A stretch of 64,000 bases of DNA from Octopus bimaculoides (lineage: Eukaryota), in contig NC_068984.1 in the NCBI RefSeq assembly GCF_001194135.2, positions 39,886,452 to 39,950,451 of the forward strand. Direction: 5' to 3'. A model generated the notes under the pieces. That model saw nothing but the letters and a program-made list of their open reading frames with translations. It was not told the origin of the DNA and searched no databases. The translations under genes and the position numbers were made by a program. Shown here one piece after another: positions 38,849-52,221 of this stretch. Numbering within the stretch: the first letter of the stretch is position 1; the number at the start of each line of letters is the position of its first letter.

Positions 38849-39583
38849 CTAAAGCAGAACCAGCAAAATTATTTTTATTACAATGGAAAAACCAGTATTT
38901 TTCCAATATTAGCTTGGAAATAATCAAATGAAATATTTAATTATATATTTTTTCCTTTCAAAGAAAACATCAATATAACATTATTATTATCATTGTTGTT
39001 GTTACGGTTTGGCTTTGCTTTAATTTTATACAAGCTGCACCCACGAATTTAAGTAAAATAATAACTAGCGGGACCTGTGGAAAATTCCAAAGAATGATGA
39101 AGATTAAGAGAAGCTATTTCAGAAAGAAAAGATGATTTGCATTTTTTATTTTGCTAAGTTATTTCACTTCCTGTCACAATATTTTATGATTTTAAAATTT
39201 CCCTCTGCTAAGCACTTTATATTTCTTTTTCTCTCTACCTCTTCAACAAACTTTTTAACTATGTAATTCCCCTCTTCGTATCTGTAACATTTCTCTTTCT
39301 CTTCACCACTCACTTCCACTAACCATATGAGTTATAGCATAATGCATCAGATGGCTTTCTGCTCTCTCACATTCCCTCTTCCTCTCTCTCACTATCTCCT
39401 CCTCTCTGACAAACAGATAAAGTGTGAACAAACAGATAGAGGAGTAATATTATAGATTAATTCAATAAAAAAAAAACATCCTTTTCACCATCAACAGCAG
39501 CACTATAGTTTTCAGTAACAAAGCTCATTTCATTTCCTTGCTGTTGATGTATCTCATCTCTGACAATACAAATGCTATCTGCT

Positions 39584-39620
<37 letters not shown>

Positions 39621-39720
39621 GTAACTGCCTCCCCTGTCCATTTCTCTGTATCTCTCTTTCTTTAACTTCACCACCAGAACATCATCCTCTGCTAAATATT
39701 GTATCCTAAACATATCTCTT

Positions 39721-39810
39721 TCTCTCTACCTTTCCCTCCCCACCCTACAACATGTTAACACTTCTCTCTACCTTTCCCTCCCCACCCTACAACATGTTAA
39801 CACTTCTCTC
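39721..39810. repeat. 42-bp tandem duplication (2 copies)
   Basis: tctctctacctttccctccccaccctacaacatgttaacact repeated directly. Confidence 0.9.
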
Positions 39811-40334
39811 TCCCTTCAACTAACCACATGATGCATTTGGCCTTATTATACATCTTTCTCTACTTCTTTTTCTCTACTCACTTTTAATCCACCTCACTAA
39901 GTAAAGTATAACCAGTGAATGGATAAGAAGATTATTATATAGATTGTTATTATAGTACACAAGAATTTTTTGATTATTAAACAGGTGAAGATAATCTATA
40001 ATTTTATATATTTTCCCTTCAAATACAGCAATTTGAATTTAAAAGAACAAAAAATACAGAGACAACAAAATAATATTTGATAACATAATTACAAGTGATT
40101 CAACTGTTAATTATTATCCAAGACTCATATCCCTACCGCCACCATCTGCCTATTACTATAAACTTTTAATCTGTTGAATAAGGGAGATGGGGAAGTTTAA
40201 GCATCAGGTTGTAACAAAAGTTCTGTCCATCTTTTTTTTTTTTTTAAGAATAAATGTAAGACATGATTACACCAATCTAGCTTCTAAATGATATTAGTAG
40301 TTATTTAAATCACTAAAATATTATTTCTTCTTTC

Positions 40335-41100
40335 AGATGACCCAAATGTACACTCCAAGTAAAGAGCACATACGGCATGTTTCACTGTTTGATACCTAGA
40401 AGGGGAATACAGCAAGTTCAGCAGCAGGATCACTAAAGAGACACTTATGGAAATGATGAGGTGAATGAAAGGACATGCAGAAAATAGTTTTCACATTTCA
40501 AAAAGGGTGACGGCGCCCCAATTATGAGGAATTGCAAGCTACTGTTGATGAAAATCCAACCATTACAACTAGGGAAGTGAGCAAGGAGTTTAATGAGAGT
40601 CATATGACCATCTATCGTGAAATAATAAGGCTTGTTACAGTCTCCAAGGTTGGAAGATGGGTTCCACAAGATCTGTCAAAAAATCAATCGCAAACAATGT
40701 GTAGACTGCTGTCTCATTGCATTCTCTTGCACTTCACCTGTTTTAGACAGAATCATTACTGGAGATGGGAAGTGGATTCTTTACAATAATGTGAAGTGCA
40801 AAAGACAGTGGCTCGGCCATAATTCAAGGCCTATCCAACAGCCACGATGTATTCTACATCCAAAGAAGATTCTTTTGAGTGTATGGTGGGACATGAGGGG
40901 GAATGTTTATTATGAGCAATTAGATGACAATCAAACAATAACAGCTGAAGTTTACTACCAGCAGCTGAAACGTTTAAAAACAGTTTTGCATGAAAAACAG
41001 CTTTTGTTGGTAAACAGAAAAGGAGTGATCCTGCAGCATGATAATGCCAGACCCCACATTACAAGAGCAACTAAGAATATCCTAGAAGAATTTAACAAAA
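40335..41100 (+). mobile_element. Degenerate mariner transposase (SETMAR-like)
   Basis: RIITGDGKWILYNN...LHPKKILLSVWWD...VILQHDNARPH in ORF 40632-41144. Confidence 0.92.
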
Positions 41101-41349
41101 ACATAATAAAAATTAAATCACCAAAACCAACAACCAAAAATTAAAATCATATCTTTTTCTTTCAAATTTCTGAATATGCTCCATGTAAAGAATCAACTTT
41201 CCCACAAAATGAAGCTGATCTGCGATATTGGATAGGTGACATATTTAGCAAAAATTGTGTACTCATTCCTCAATACAAACGATAACTATTTAAGTTTAAT
41301 TAATACCATTTATGATCAAATGGAAGGAGATAAAAGAATTGAACATTAC

Positions 41350-41553
41350 CTCTACTATGTCTCGGTTAGTTTGGCTGACTACTGTGTCATTGTACTCAGT
41401 ATACTTCAGCAGTACTTTGTCCATATCAGAGCTAGCATACTGGTACAATTTGTTTCCACTTGTGAAGATTATCAGTGCAATTTCACAGTCACACAGCACA
41501 GACAGTTCATAAGCTTTTTTCATAAGTCCAAATTTACGCTTTGTGAAGGTTAC
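41350..41553 (-). CDS. MEF2: MEF2 coding exon 2 ([68 protein letters not shown]), MADS + MEF2 domain
   Basis: tttcag|GTA acceptor, GAG|GTAATG donor, 204 nt, phase 0-0. Unmistakable MADS/MEF2 sequence. Confidence 0.98.
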
Positions 41554-42154
41554 CTGAAAAATATTTAATATTAAATGAAGGTGGCAAGACAGCAGAATCA
41601 TTAGAACACTGTAAAAATTGCTTTACAGTATTCTTTTCCGACTCTTTATTTCCCCAAGTTCAAATCCTGGAAAGATGAACTTTGCCTTTCATCATTCTGG
41701 GGTTGATAACATAAAGCACTGATCAATGGTATTGACTACCCCTCCACCCAAAAATAGCTGGCTTTGAGCCCAAACAGGAAACCCTTATTTTTAAATGCTT
41801 AGATTTGTAGACACAGTGTAATTATCAACTATTGGAAATTGAAAATGTATTTTTTTTCAAATGAAAGCTATCATGATAGGAGTGTTGGTAACAGGAAAGG
41901 CATCTGGCCATAGGAAATCTACCTCAATAAACTCCATCCAACCCAAGAAAGCATGGGAAAATGGATGTTAAAATGAAGAAGATTAACATTTTGCAGCCAC
42001 TGAATATCTGGCTTCTCTTATACAACACCATTGCTTAAGTGACAGTTGAAATACTCCTCTTATCATCTGTTGTCTGGGAGATTCTTCGGAACAGTTTGTT
42101 TCAATACAACAGCAGCAGAATGAGGAGTTGTATGTGTGTGGGTGTGTTTGTCTC

Positions 42155-42188
<34 letters not shown>

Positions 42189-42282
42189 ATATATATATAT
42201 ACACACGCACACACACAAACTATTGCTTACTTGTTGCCTTGTTTTAGATAGTAGTGTTTCATTTCTTTTACTTTCGAGATCA

Positions 42283-42567
42283 TTGCCAGTGCCCCTGGAC
42301 TGGCTCTTGTGCGGGTGGCACATAAAATACACCATTTTGAGCGTGGCCGTTGCCAGTACCGCCTGACTGGCCTTCGTGCGGGTGACACGTAAAAGCACCC
42401 ACTACACTCTCTGAGTGGTTGGCGTTAGGAAGGGCATCCAGCTGTAGAAACTCTTGCCAAATCAGATTGGAGCCTGGTGTTGCCATCCGGTTTCACCAGT
42501 CCTCAGTCAAATCGTCCAACCCATGCTAGCATGGAAAGCGGACGTTAAACGATGATGATGATGATGA
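42283..42567 (+). mobile_element. Young 5'-truncated RTE 3'UTR copy with (GAT)n tail
   Basis: Near-identical to 43062-43218 over the shared part. CpGs retained. Confidence 0.9.
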
Positions 42568-43061
42568 CATGGCTTGTATTTTCACTCTCTTGCAGTGGTT
42601 CCAACATATTATTGTTAAAATAGTGAAGTTGGCAGGTTTTGTAGAACCCAAACCAGTGACTCACTATTTATTAGTTCAAATCTCAAAGAGAAACCAAAGT
42701 ATAAACCAATAATAAATATCCCCAACAAGAATTGGCTAAGTGCTTATTTAAAAGAAATTATTATTATGCTACAGGTACTTCTTTACTAACAACTGTTTTA
42801 CTTTCCATTTATGCCAAACAACCTCAGAGATTTGTGAGGTGCAGATGAGGATGTCTTCAAAAAGTGTCTGCACAAATTTTTATGTGAAATACCAGATGAA
42901 CCCACATCACAGAAGGAGGCACAAAGTAGAGCAGTTCTGTTCAACTTGCTACTTCACCAAAAACAATACAGAAAAGAAAACTAAACACCCCGAAAGGTGG
43001 TGTGCCCACATGGCAGAAACCAGTAAAAGATAAAAGAATAGTTTTACAGTGTTTATTTTTA

Positions 43062-43218
43062 TCTCTGAGTGGTTGGCGTTAGGAAGGGCATCCAGCTGTA
43101 GAAACTCTGCCAAATCAGACTGGAGCCTGGTGTTGCAAGCCGGTTTCACCAGTCCTCAGTCAAATCGTCCAACCCATGCTAGCATGGAAAGCGGACGTTA
43201 AATGATGATGATGATGAT
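43062..43218 (+). mobile_element. Young 5'-truncated RTE 3'UTR copy
   Basis: Shares ccggtttcaccagtcctcagtcaaatcgtccaacccatgctagc with the 42283 copy. Confidence 0.9.
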
Positions 43219-44059
43219 TTTAATTTTTTCATATCACATTTATATAACTTACACTATGAAAGTTGAGAGTAAACATAAATTATAAAGAAATGTCAACCAT
43301 TTAGAATTATTTGTATAACAATTAGTAATAATACAAACAGCAAATCATATATATCAGGCATTAAATAAAATGATAATAATGAAGATGAGGATGATTAGGA
43401 ATAGAAAGATTGTTTCGCTATTTGACTGAGTTGTAGGAGGATGTTGTTAATGCTATACAGACAAGAAAGGTAAAGATTTACAATCTTAAACAAGTCATTT
43501 GGTTATAAAATATATCTCACCTGCTTTTCTTGTTTAATTGGGGTACTCTGATCAAAAAGTAAGATCAGATTTACATTTATTTACTGCCAACTGGCTACTA
43601 ATGAACATAAATCTAAAGATTCTTTTCTATGGACAAGAGGCACTAACAAAATAAGGTTAGGTTTGAACTAAACTACTGATAATCATGTTCCAATGAACAA
43701 ATAATTATAATGAAAAAATTCAACTAGAAAACTTTTGAGATATATGTGATGCTGGCTACTAATTCTATCTAACATGATATTTCTTTCTTAACTGGTTTCA
43801 TTTGAGACTAATTATTACTTCTTGTAACAGGCTACAAATAAAATCTCAGTTATAATTCTATTAAAAGAACAATCATTAACACAAACAAATGAAATAACCA
43901 ATTTACAAAATAGTGTATATATAATAATAGTTTCTTTTCTTCAAGAGCAAAAATAAAAATTGAGAAATTCTGCACTTGGTAAACAGTAAAGACTGATTCT
44001 CCAAATACAGAAGTCTTGGGAATCAAGTAGTTTTAGAGTTAGATCATATCATAGATCTT

Positions 44060-44470
44060 ACAAGTGAGATGGCACCAGAAAAAAATGATTGGAAACAAAA
44101 GCAACCGAAATGAGGTTCTTCCAAAGCATCTCTGGAGTGATATTAATTGGCAGGGGACATAGCTCAGAGATCAGGGAATTTCTCCAGGTCAAGCCACTAT
44201 TTCTCCACATTGAGATCACACAGCACTAGTACTACAGACATGTGATCAGAATGTCACAAAAATAGCAAGATGGATTCAAGCTGAAGCTAACCAGCAAGAG
44301 ACAGAGGAAAACCAAGGATGAGATAGTTGGAATACACATGTAGTCTCAGTTGGTCATGCTTGGGAACCTAGCATGAAAGTCTAATAATGGTTGCTTCTGA
44401 TAGGATCATATGGTTGAGGTACCCGAGGTCCTACCTCAATGATCCTCCCAAGAATAATAGGAAGAAGATA
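44060..44470 (+). mobile_element. Old RTE-clade LINE 3' end
   Basis: EMRF...I.GV...EIRE.L.V.PL..HIE...RM motif region, degenerate. Confidence 0.6.
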
Positions 44471-45428
44471 GATGGATAGAAATATATTATAATCATGAAT
44501 TTCAATGAAAACTTACTGACTTTTTCTATATTAATTGATTTTAACATACCATTGGATTAAACAAGTTCTTTAGATATAATGAGGGTTTGTCTTAGTAATA
44601 TAGTTAACCTAGTTATACATTAGTTTCTAAATTACTAAATCTACCAATTCTATTTTATTCATTAACCATCTGTTTTGTACATTAATATTAATGGCAATGA
44701 TGTCAACACCTTAATACTTTACGATTTTAACTATTTTTTAAGGAACTTATTCACTAAAGCTATATTTCTCTCTCTCCTCCATAGCTAACGCATTGTATCT
44801 CCAATCCTGACTAAAATTTTTAGAGTAAAACACTAAAACAATCACACCACAGCTAAAAACCAAAAGTTTCATTTGTGAGACAGTTTTATGATACAGCAAT
44901 ATGTTATTCTGACATAGCTGCAGGTGAAAACATTCTACAGCATCAATATCAGACATTTTAACAAAAAGTTCCAAGAGTGCTGCTGCTGATGATGATTTAA
45001 AATAAAGTAGCCTTGATCTATCAAAGCTACAAGTCAACTTAAAGTATAAAACTATCATAGATGTTAATCATGGATCAAATATATGGATTTAATTTACTCA
45101 TTTCAGCTTCTTCCATGCTTTGTTTGATAAAACAGATTGTCCCCAAACTACTTTATCTTTTCCAACTCCCTCCCTACTCAAAAATTCTTGAATATAAGAA
45201 ACTTAATATGAAAATAAGAGGATACCAGATATTAAACCATTAAAAACAATAAAAAGCCAAAAAAAAAAAAAAATTTCTTTCCTTTTGCCTAAGTAAAAAT
45301 AACCAACTGTAATGAATTTAATGAACATGAAGTAAATAGTGTTTTCAATATAAATGTAGGAATTTAATTAAAATTTTCATTTTCAAGCAAATAAGATTAG
45401 GATTTAAATATGTAAATATGTCACTTAC

Positions 45429-45482
45429 TTGTCTGTTCCGTTCATCATTTATGCGAGTTATCTGAATCTTTTTTCTACCCAT
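45429..45482 (-). CDS. MEF2: MEF2 coding exon 1 (MGRKKIQITRINDERNRQ), start of MADS box
   Basis: ATG at 45482. 54 nt ending in CAA|GTAAGT. Upstream acceptor cttacag at 45497-45498 leaves 14 nt of UTR. Same 54-nt size as in vertebrate MEF2 genes. Confidence 0.97.
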
Positions 45483-46093
45483 TATGCAAATATGATCTGT
45501 AAGAGAAGTATAGAATTGATAAAACATGTGTTTCTTTAATATATTCTTTCTACTAGAGGCACAGGGCCTGAAATTCATGGGGAGGGAACATGTCATGAAA
45601 AGATGAAAGACAAAGTCAAGCTCAGCAACATTTGAACTCAGAATGTAAAGAACCAGAAGAAATGCTGTTAAGTGTTTTCTCCAGCTTGCTGCCCTTATTT
45701 TAATTTTTTTTTATATATAACTTTTTGTAAGGTTATGTATAAAGCCAAACTAAGAAATATTAGAAATAACAAATCATATCAATTTGACTTGTTAAAGAAC
45801 AGAAACTTTAACTTGGAAAGGAATTTATTAATGAGAAATATGTAAAACATAAGCACATTTACCACTGCCTATATATCTACAGGGTGTCTACAAAGTCTGT
45901 ATATATATATAAAGATGAGAATGTGTGTGTGTGAGTGTCTGATTCTTAGAAGTTAGAAAGACTCCTTCATGCGGACTTAACACCCACAATTTAGTCATTT
46001 TATCTAAGCAAAGACAAATACAGTTGTACTCTTGGAAGCTGTAGAGTCATCCAAGCATAAAAGATGAGCGTTATTTGTAATTCAATGGTACAA

Positions 46094-46473
46094 CCTAACA
46101 GTGGAGGGAACCTGTGGAAGAGGTAGACCCAGGAAGACATGGAATGAGGTGGTGAAGCACAACTGCCAAATGTTGGGTCTCACAGAGGCAATGACAAGCA
46201 ACCAAGACTTTTGGAGATATGCCGTGCTTGAGAAGACACGGCAAACCAAGTGATATTGTAGTTGTGGCCGATGCCAGTGTCGCCTGACTGACTCCTGTGC
46301 TGGTGGAACGTAAAAGCACCCACTACACTCTCAGAGTGGTAGGCATTCGGAAGGGCATCCAGTTGTAGAAACCTTGCCAAATCAGATTGGAGCCTAATCC
46401 AGCCTTCCAGCTCTCAGTCAAACTATCCAACTGATGCCAGCATGGAAAGCGGACATTAAACAACGATGATGAT
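46094..46473 (+). mobile_element. RTE LINE 3' end: ORF2 C-terminus + 3'UTR + (GAT)n tail
   Basis: Translates as LTVEGTCGRGRPRKTWNEVVKH...AVLEKTRQTK*, then the shared UTR. This links the short dispersed repeats to an RTE. Confidence 0.9.
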
Positions 46474-46476
46474 ATA

Positions 46477-47406
46477 TTGGGTCATCCCATAAGTAATGTG
46501 GTTTTTTTCAATTGCATGAACTAAGTCAGAGGGGGATAGGATAAACTACCTGCATCAACTTGCTATAAAAGCAGGTAGTAATTTTACGTTGTACTTATTC
46601 TTAGTGCAAGTTTTGAAGAGTGCAGTTCGATATTAACAGTTATTTTTTCGGAGCTATTTTTTGAAGTTATAATAGAAGTGACAAAGGAGCACATTCATCA
46701 TATTTTGCTTTATGAGTCCAATTAAGGCAACAATGCAACAGAAAGTGCAAGGCATATTAATGCAGTATATGGGGATCAAACAATAAACATATAAGCCAGT
46801 GTCAATGGTGGTTCCAGAAATTCCGAGCTGAAAACTACAGCCTAGATGAGCCGCATCCTGGAAGATCTGTAGAGCTCGATGAGGGCGTCCTGCAAACCCT
46901 GATGGAACAGAATCCCATCATAACTGTTGAGGAACTAGCAGAGAAACTTGGATTTGGTCATTCATCCAGTCATTCAAGTTGGTGCAAGAAGAAAAATCTT
47001 TGGTTTCAAGATGAAAGATGTTCTTCCATCAGGATAATGCTCAGCCACATACAGCGACGGTGACATTCCAAAGGCTGGAGCAGTTTGAATAGGAAATGAT
47101 GCCCCACCCACCATAGTTGCCAGACATTGCTCCATCTGATTATCATTTATTCTGCAGTCTTAAAAATCATTTGGGCAGAAAAAATATGAATTCTGTAGAT
47201 GAGGTCAGATCAGTAGTGGAGGAGTATTTTTCATCACAGACAAGTAAATTTTGAAAGAGGGTTCTTGCAAGTCTACCAGATAGATGGAAGAGCATTGTAG
47301 AAAATGAAGGAGAGTATATTTTAGATTAAAAAAAGAAATTTGTTTATCTTAATTTTGAAAAATAAAAGAACTGTAAAAAAACTGCATTATTTATGGGATG
47401 ACCCAA
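46477..47406 (+). mobile_element. Internally deleted mariner with both TIRs and TA TSDs
   Basis: TA-ttgggtcatcccataagtaatg ... cattatttatgggatgacccaa-TA. The N-terminal HTH region is joined at about 46975 to LFHQDNAQPH...DIAPSDYHLF. Confidence 0.92.
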
Positions 47407-48343
47407 TATATACTTTCATTTCATATAATTTTACACTGACAATAGTAATAACCTCAACTACCACACAAAGCTGAGCAATTTTTCAGAGAAGCACACAAAC
47501 TTCTTTCAGAATTCGCCTACCAAATCCATTCACAAGGCACTGGTCAGCCGTGGGTTATAGAAGGCACTTGTTCAAGATGCCATGCAACAAGACTAGACCC
47601 AGGACTACATGGTTGGGAAGTGAACTTCTTAACCATATATTCCACTGAGCTCCAAGTCAAAGTCTGTCCCTTTACAATTAAGAGACAAATACCATTTTAC
47701 TACAAGTGTGAAGCCCTTGTGGAAGAGACATTAAAAGAAGCCCAGTATACTGCACAACTACATGCTTTGACTATACGATTATTCTCCCCAAGATAGAGTT
47801 GCTCTACCAGTCAAACAATGCTGCAACACCAACCTGTCTATCATCAGTAACTCCTTCCCATATCTTGGGCATTTACTAACTAGTTGTACTACCAACATTG
47901 TTGTAAAAAGAGGAGAATTCAAGCTATAAAAGAAAAATATAATTCCTTGAGAATTTTTAAATGCATTGCTTCAGAACAAAGTAGGTAAAGTATTGTTTTA
48001 TTTTTTTGTTCACTCATTTTGTTTGATTTTTCAATATCAGCATGAGTTTGACGATCAGAGGTCCTTTCTGATGCAAACTCATATTTGTTTTTCAAGTAAG
48101 GATTCCTTATTCTACATGGCTTCAAGAGTTCAAAGTGACAAGGTGATTTATTGGCAAGAGAAATATTAACTGAACACTGCACAAACATAATGAATTTTAT
48201 GTAAGTGAGTGGCAGTTGTAAACACACACAAAAAATCAGCTTCTTTTTAATTTCCCACCTAATGAATGTATGTGCACAAGTTGTCCATGTGCATGTGTCC
48301 AAATTTCCTTGTATTAGCTGCAAGGATGCATATATATGCTTAG

Positions 48344-48376
<33 letters not shown>

Positions 48377-48639
48377 TGAAATACAAGTGGGGTGTGAATA
48401 TGCACACATACACCATCACCTGTAGCTGCTTAGTACCTAACCAGTAACTACTCCACTTTGTCTACAACCTTTGTTGCTCCTCTCCCCTCAGATTGCAGGT
48501 GTTTGTCCAAGAAAGCTTTGTGGGATTGAGGGATGAGGGAAAATGTAATTTGTTGAGTGAAAAATAATACTCATTCTACTGGACTGGTGCCAGAACACGC
48601 TGCTTGCTAGCAAGTATTCGCATGTGTTTATTTTTCCTC

Positions 48640-50280
48640 TTCCAGATACTGGAAACTATCTCCCCATTTAACCCCTCACTTCTAAGTCCACAACCTTAGA
48701 ACTACCATAATCAATGTTGACACAATGAAGGGTAGGTCCAATGAGATTGTTAAAATGCTTGAGCAGAAGAATGTTGATGTGTGCTGTGAGTAAAAGATAA
48801 GATGGAGGAGAGCCTCAGCTAGATTCCTCACGGGCAAGGGACAGAGGTTCAAATTTCTGGGCAGGTTGCAGTGATGTAATGGGTGGTGTGGGCAGACTTT
48901 TCGAAGAGAAACGGATAGATAAAGAAATCAAGGTAGTCAGAGTATGTGATAGCTTAAACTAGTCTTGAAAAACATGATGCCACATTTATCTCTGCTCATG
49001 CTCCACATGCTAGACTGGAAGATGAACAGAAGGACTATTTCTACAAGGCCCTTTTGCATGAATGACAATGACCTTATTGTAGCTAGTGACTTTAACAGAT
49101 ATGTTGGATAGCACCTCAATGGATTTCACGGGGTGCATGGATATTACAGTTTTGACTCTAGAAACGAGGGAACAAGGCTGCTGGAGTTCTGTAATGCAAA
49201 TGACCTCACGATCTGCAACACTAACTTCAAAAAATGAGACTGCCACCTGATCACCGATCAATTTGAAGAGCACACAAGCTATATTGACTACGTCCTCACC
49301 AGAAACTAAGATATGCAGATGCTGTGAATGCAAAGTCCTTCCTTGATGAAGAATGTACAATTCAACATAGGTTAGTGATTTCAGACTTAGAACTAGAAGG
49401 ATCCAAGGATACAAACCAGTGTAGAAAAGGTGGTATGGAGACTTTAAGATTCATTGGACAGTCAAGCATTTAGAGAAATTCAAACTGAAACATCTGACGA
49501 TGAGGAGATAGAGATGTATAACAACGAATAACCAAAAGTTCTTACAGGACAATCTACTAAGGGTAACAGACCAAATCTGTAGCTGGTACAAAATTCCAGC
49601 CAGACCAAGGGTGAAATATTGGTGCAACTGTGAAGTAGACAGAGCCATGAAAGCAGAGAGGCAGGCTAGAAAGAAAAAGAGTAGCAGAGAATTATACCAG
49701 ACAAGCAAAATAGTGACCAGATGACAGGTTTATCTAGGAAGTAAAGAAGCAGAAAGGAAGATGTTACCACTATTCTACAGAGTAAGGACCAGAGATATGA
49801 GGTGTTCTGGAATGCAAGACAGTGTATCAGAGAAAATCATGATGTTGCAGGAAATAATTGTGTATGGATGGATGATGGTACACTTGCACTTGGTCATTCT
49901 GAAAAGAAGTGGCATAGAAATGCTACTATGAATGGTTACTAAATGTGGAAAATGCATAAGAGTCTTTCAAATTTGAACCCAGCAGAAAGATAGCTTAAAG
50001 TTAAGTTTTAGTAAGGAGTAAAACAGACAAACCACTAATCTCTTCAGGAAAATGGCTCTGTGCAATATGCAGAAAAGGTATTAGTAGAAATTCCATATAG
50101 TGTACCCCAGTACAAACTGTGAACATATGAGAGATGCAGTGCATCACAGGAAGGTAAACAGGGAAAGAAGACTTTGTGTGTAGCAAATGCACAGGAAATA
50201 GATTTCTTCAAATGCCCAAATGGATCGGTACCAAGGTGACCGAATCAGCAGTGGAAGAAGATGCTCTGAAAGCATAGTCC
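48640..50280 (+). mobile_element. Degraded RTE LINE (APE endonuclease, linker, Cys-rich segment)
   Basis: NV.T.KGRSNEIV.ML...NVDVC, ASDFN..VG and LLEFCNANDL.ICNTNFK motifs with many stops. Confidence 0.85.
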
Positions 50281-50394
50281 CTAGAATAAGAACTAATAAT
50301 CACTGACATGGAGTTCTCCTCTCCTGTAGACTTGAGTTTACCAGTGCCTTATAGGTGGAATTTTACAGACAATAACTGTTCAGAAGCCTGTCTG

Positions 50395-50425
<31 letters not shown>

Positions 50426-50899
50426 AGTGGCAGAGGACATATGCCATTCCATGTCAGTGGTTACAATATGCCACTTTAAGTTTCATAATTTAGTGATTCA
50501 ACAAACAGTGATTAAATAAGTACACACTGAAATAAGTATTAAACTGTTAAAGAGTACCCACCATGCCCACAATCATATGAATGAACTTATTAAAAAAAAC
50601 GGGTGGGGTATAAAGATGCATATGAACCAAGCTATTAACAGAGGGGAGAAGAACTGTTGTCCCATCTAGAAGAGATCTATCTTACATTAGCTTAACACAG
50701 ATATGGGAGTGAAACACTGAACCTAGAGCCTCTATTTTTATACAAAAGATAGACTTTATAATGAGATAGAGAACATTTTGATGCGGTAGTAAATGTGCAA
50801 TATTACAACAGGATAAAGTTGGAGTATGAGTTAAGAAATCAGATACCAATGAATGCAGATGTCTAAGAAGGTAGATCAGATCTTAAATCTTTGGGTCTC

Positions 50900-51390
50900 A
50901 CTAAGTAGCTGAAACATCTGCAGAATTTAGCATGGAAAAACATATTAAGATTAAGACATATGGAGAATTAAGCACAAAAAAACAGCCATTAAAATGAAGA
51001 TGAATAATCTCAAACATATACATCAAGCTTATTAGAAACATTTGAAAGGAAATACAAATTCATAATTCACAAATGAAAATATAACTAACAATTGCAATTC
51101 TTTAAAAACTACAAATCATGAAAATCCAATGAAAGAAGAGTTTTATGAAAATATCCCCAATATATCATCAACCATTCAAGAGCAGAGGACAAGATGTGCT
51201 GACCACTGCTATCAGAGCAAAGCTGAATTAGTGAGTGAGCTCTTTTTGTGAATCCTAAGCCATGGGAATTCTTATGTTGAATGACTCAAAATGAGTTATA
51301 TTGATCAACTCTCATGTGATGTCACATTACAAATAGAAGACTTAAGAAATCTCATAAAATACAGGAATATTCAGAGAGAAAGAGTGGTCC
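50900..51390 (+). mobile_element. Old RTE-like LINE 3' fragment
   Basis: YENIPNISSTI.EQR.R.A.HC...ELVSEL...YIDQL..D motif region. Confidence 0.55.
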
Positions 51391-52221
51391 AGAGAACCTG
51401 CTCTAAGTGACAGCAAGAAAAACTACAAAATATTTCTTTTGAGGAATGGTGTTCAAAGATGTTAAAAAAGAATAGTTTTAAGTTAATGATAACAGAAGTT
51501 ATTCTGTTTGAGCTCACTTATTACATTTATGCAAGACCTGATTATGGCACCAAGCTAACAAGTTCAATACTAACACTAGTAACAAAGATAAATGGTCAAT
51601 AAAATGAATGTGGAGAACTTACAATATTGCAGACAAGGCAAGCAAAAATATGAATATTTGCACAATTATATATATAAGTGACAGAGACAGTATTAATACC
51701 AAAAGGCTATGTTTTTCTCCTACTTAAGGTGGATGTTGTGTTAGAACACAGAATATGGCATTATTTATTATGAGAGGACCTCTCCTGGTAAATAATGCAT
51801 TTTTCTGTGTTCTAATACAGCATCCTCCTTAATAGAATACTGGGTGAGAAAATGCAATGTGCAGTCAGTGAATTTTCTGTTGTAGAGGAAGATATGAGCA
51901 GGAATGATGTCAGGCCTTAGTAAAGTAGGAGATAAATATTACTTTATATATATAACCTAAGGCCTTTTCTCCGTTTTAACTACATTATATCTGAAATCAA
52001 CTTTTCATCTTAAACAGAAAATATTCTAAAATGAATATCTTAATCATAGTTTAAAAGACTCTTTTGTAAGCTAAAAATTGCTTCATCTAAAAAGTAGTAA
52101 TTTCTAACAAAGAATACATAAAAACTTTTGAACAAATGATGGGATAATTTATAACCTACAGTTGGCTATGTCTATCATCTTCATCATTTTTCATGCTTGC
52201 ATATTTTGGATAGATCTTTAA

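Noticed and set aside
35873-41349. Vertebrate-type mutually exclusive alpha2 exon or acidic beta microexon
   Set aside because: Looked for by eye in the relevant introns; no candidate with matching peptide and splice sites found.
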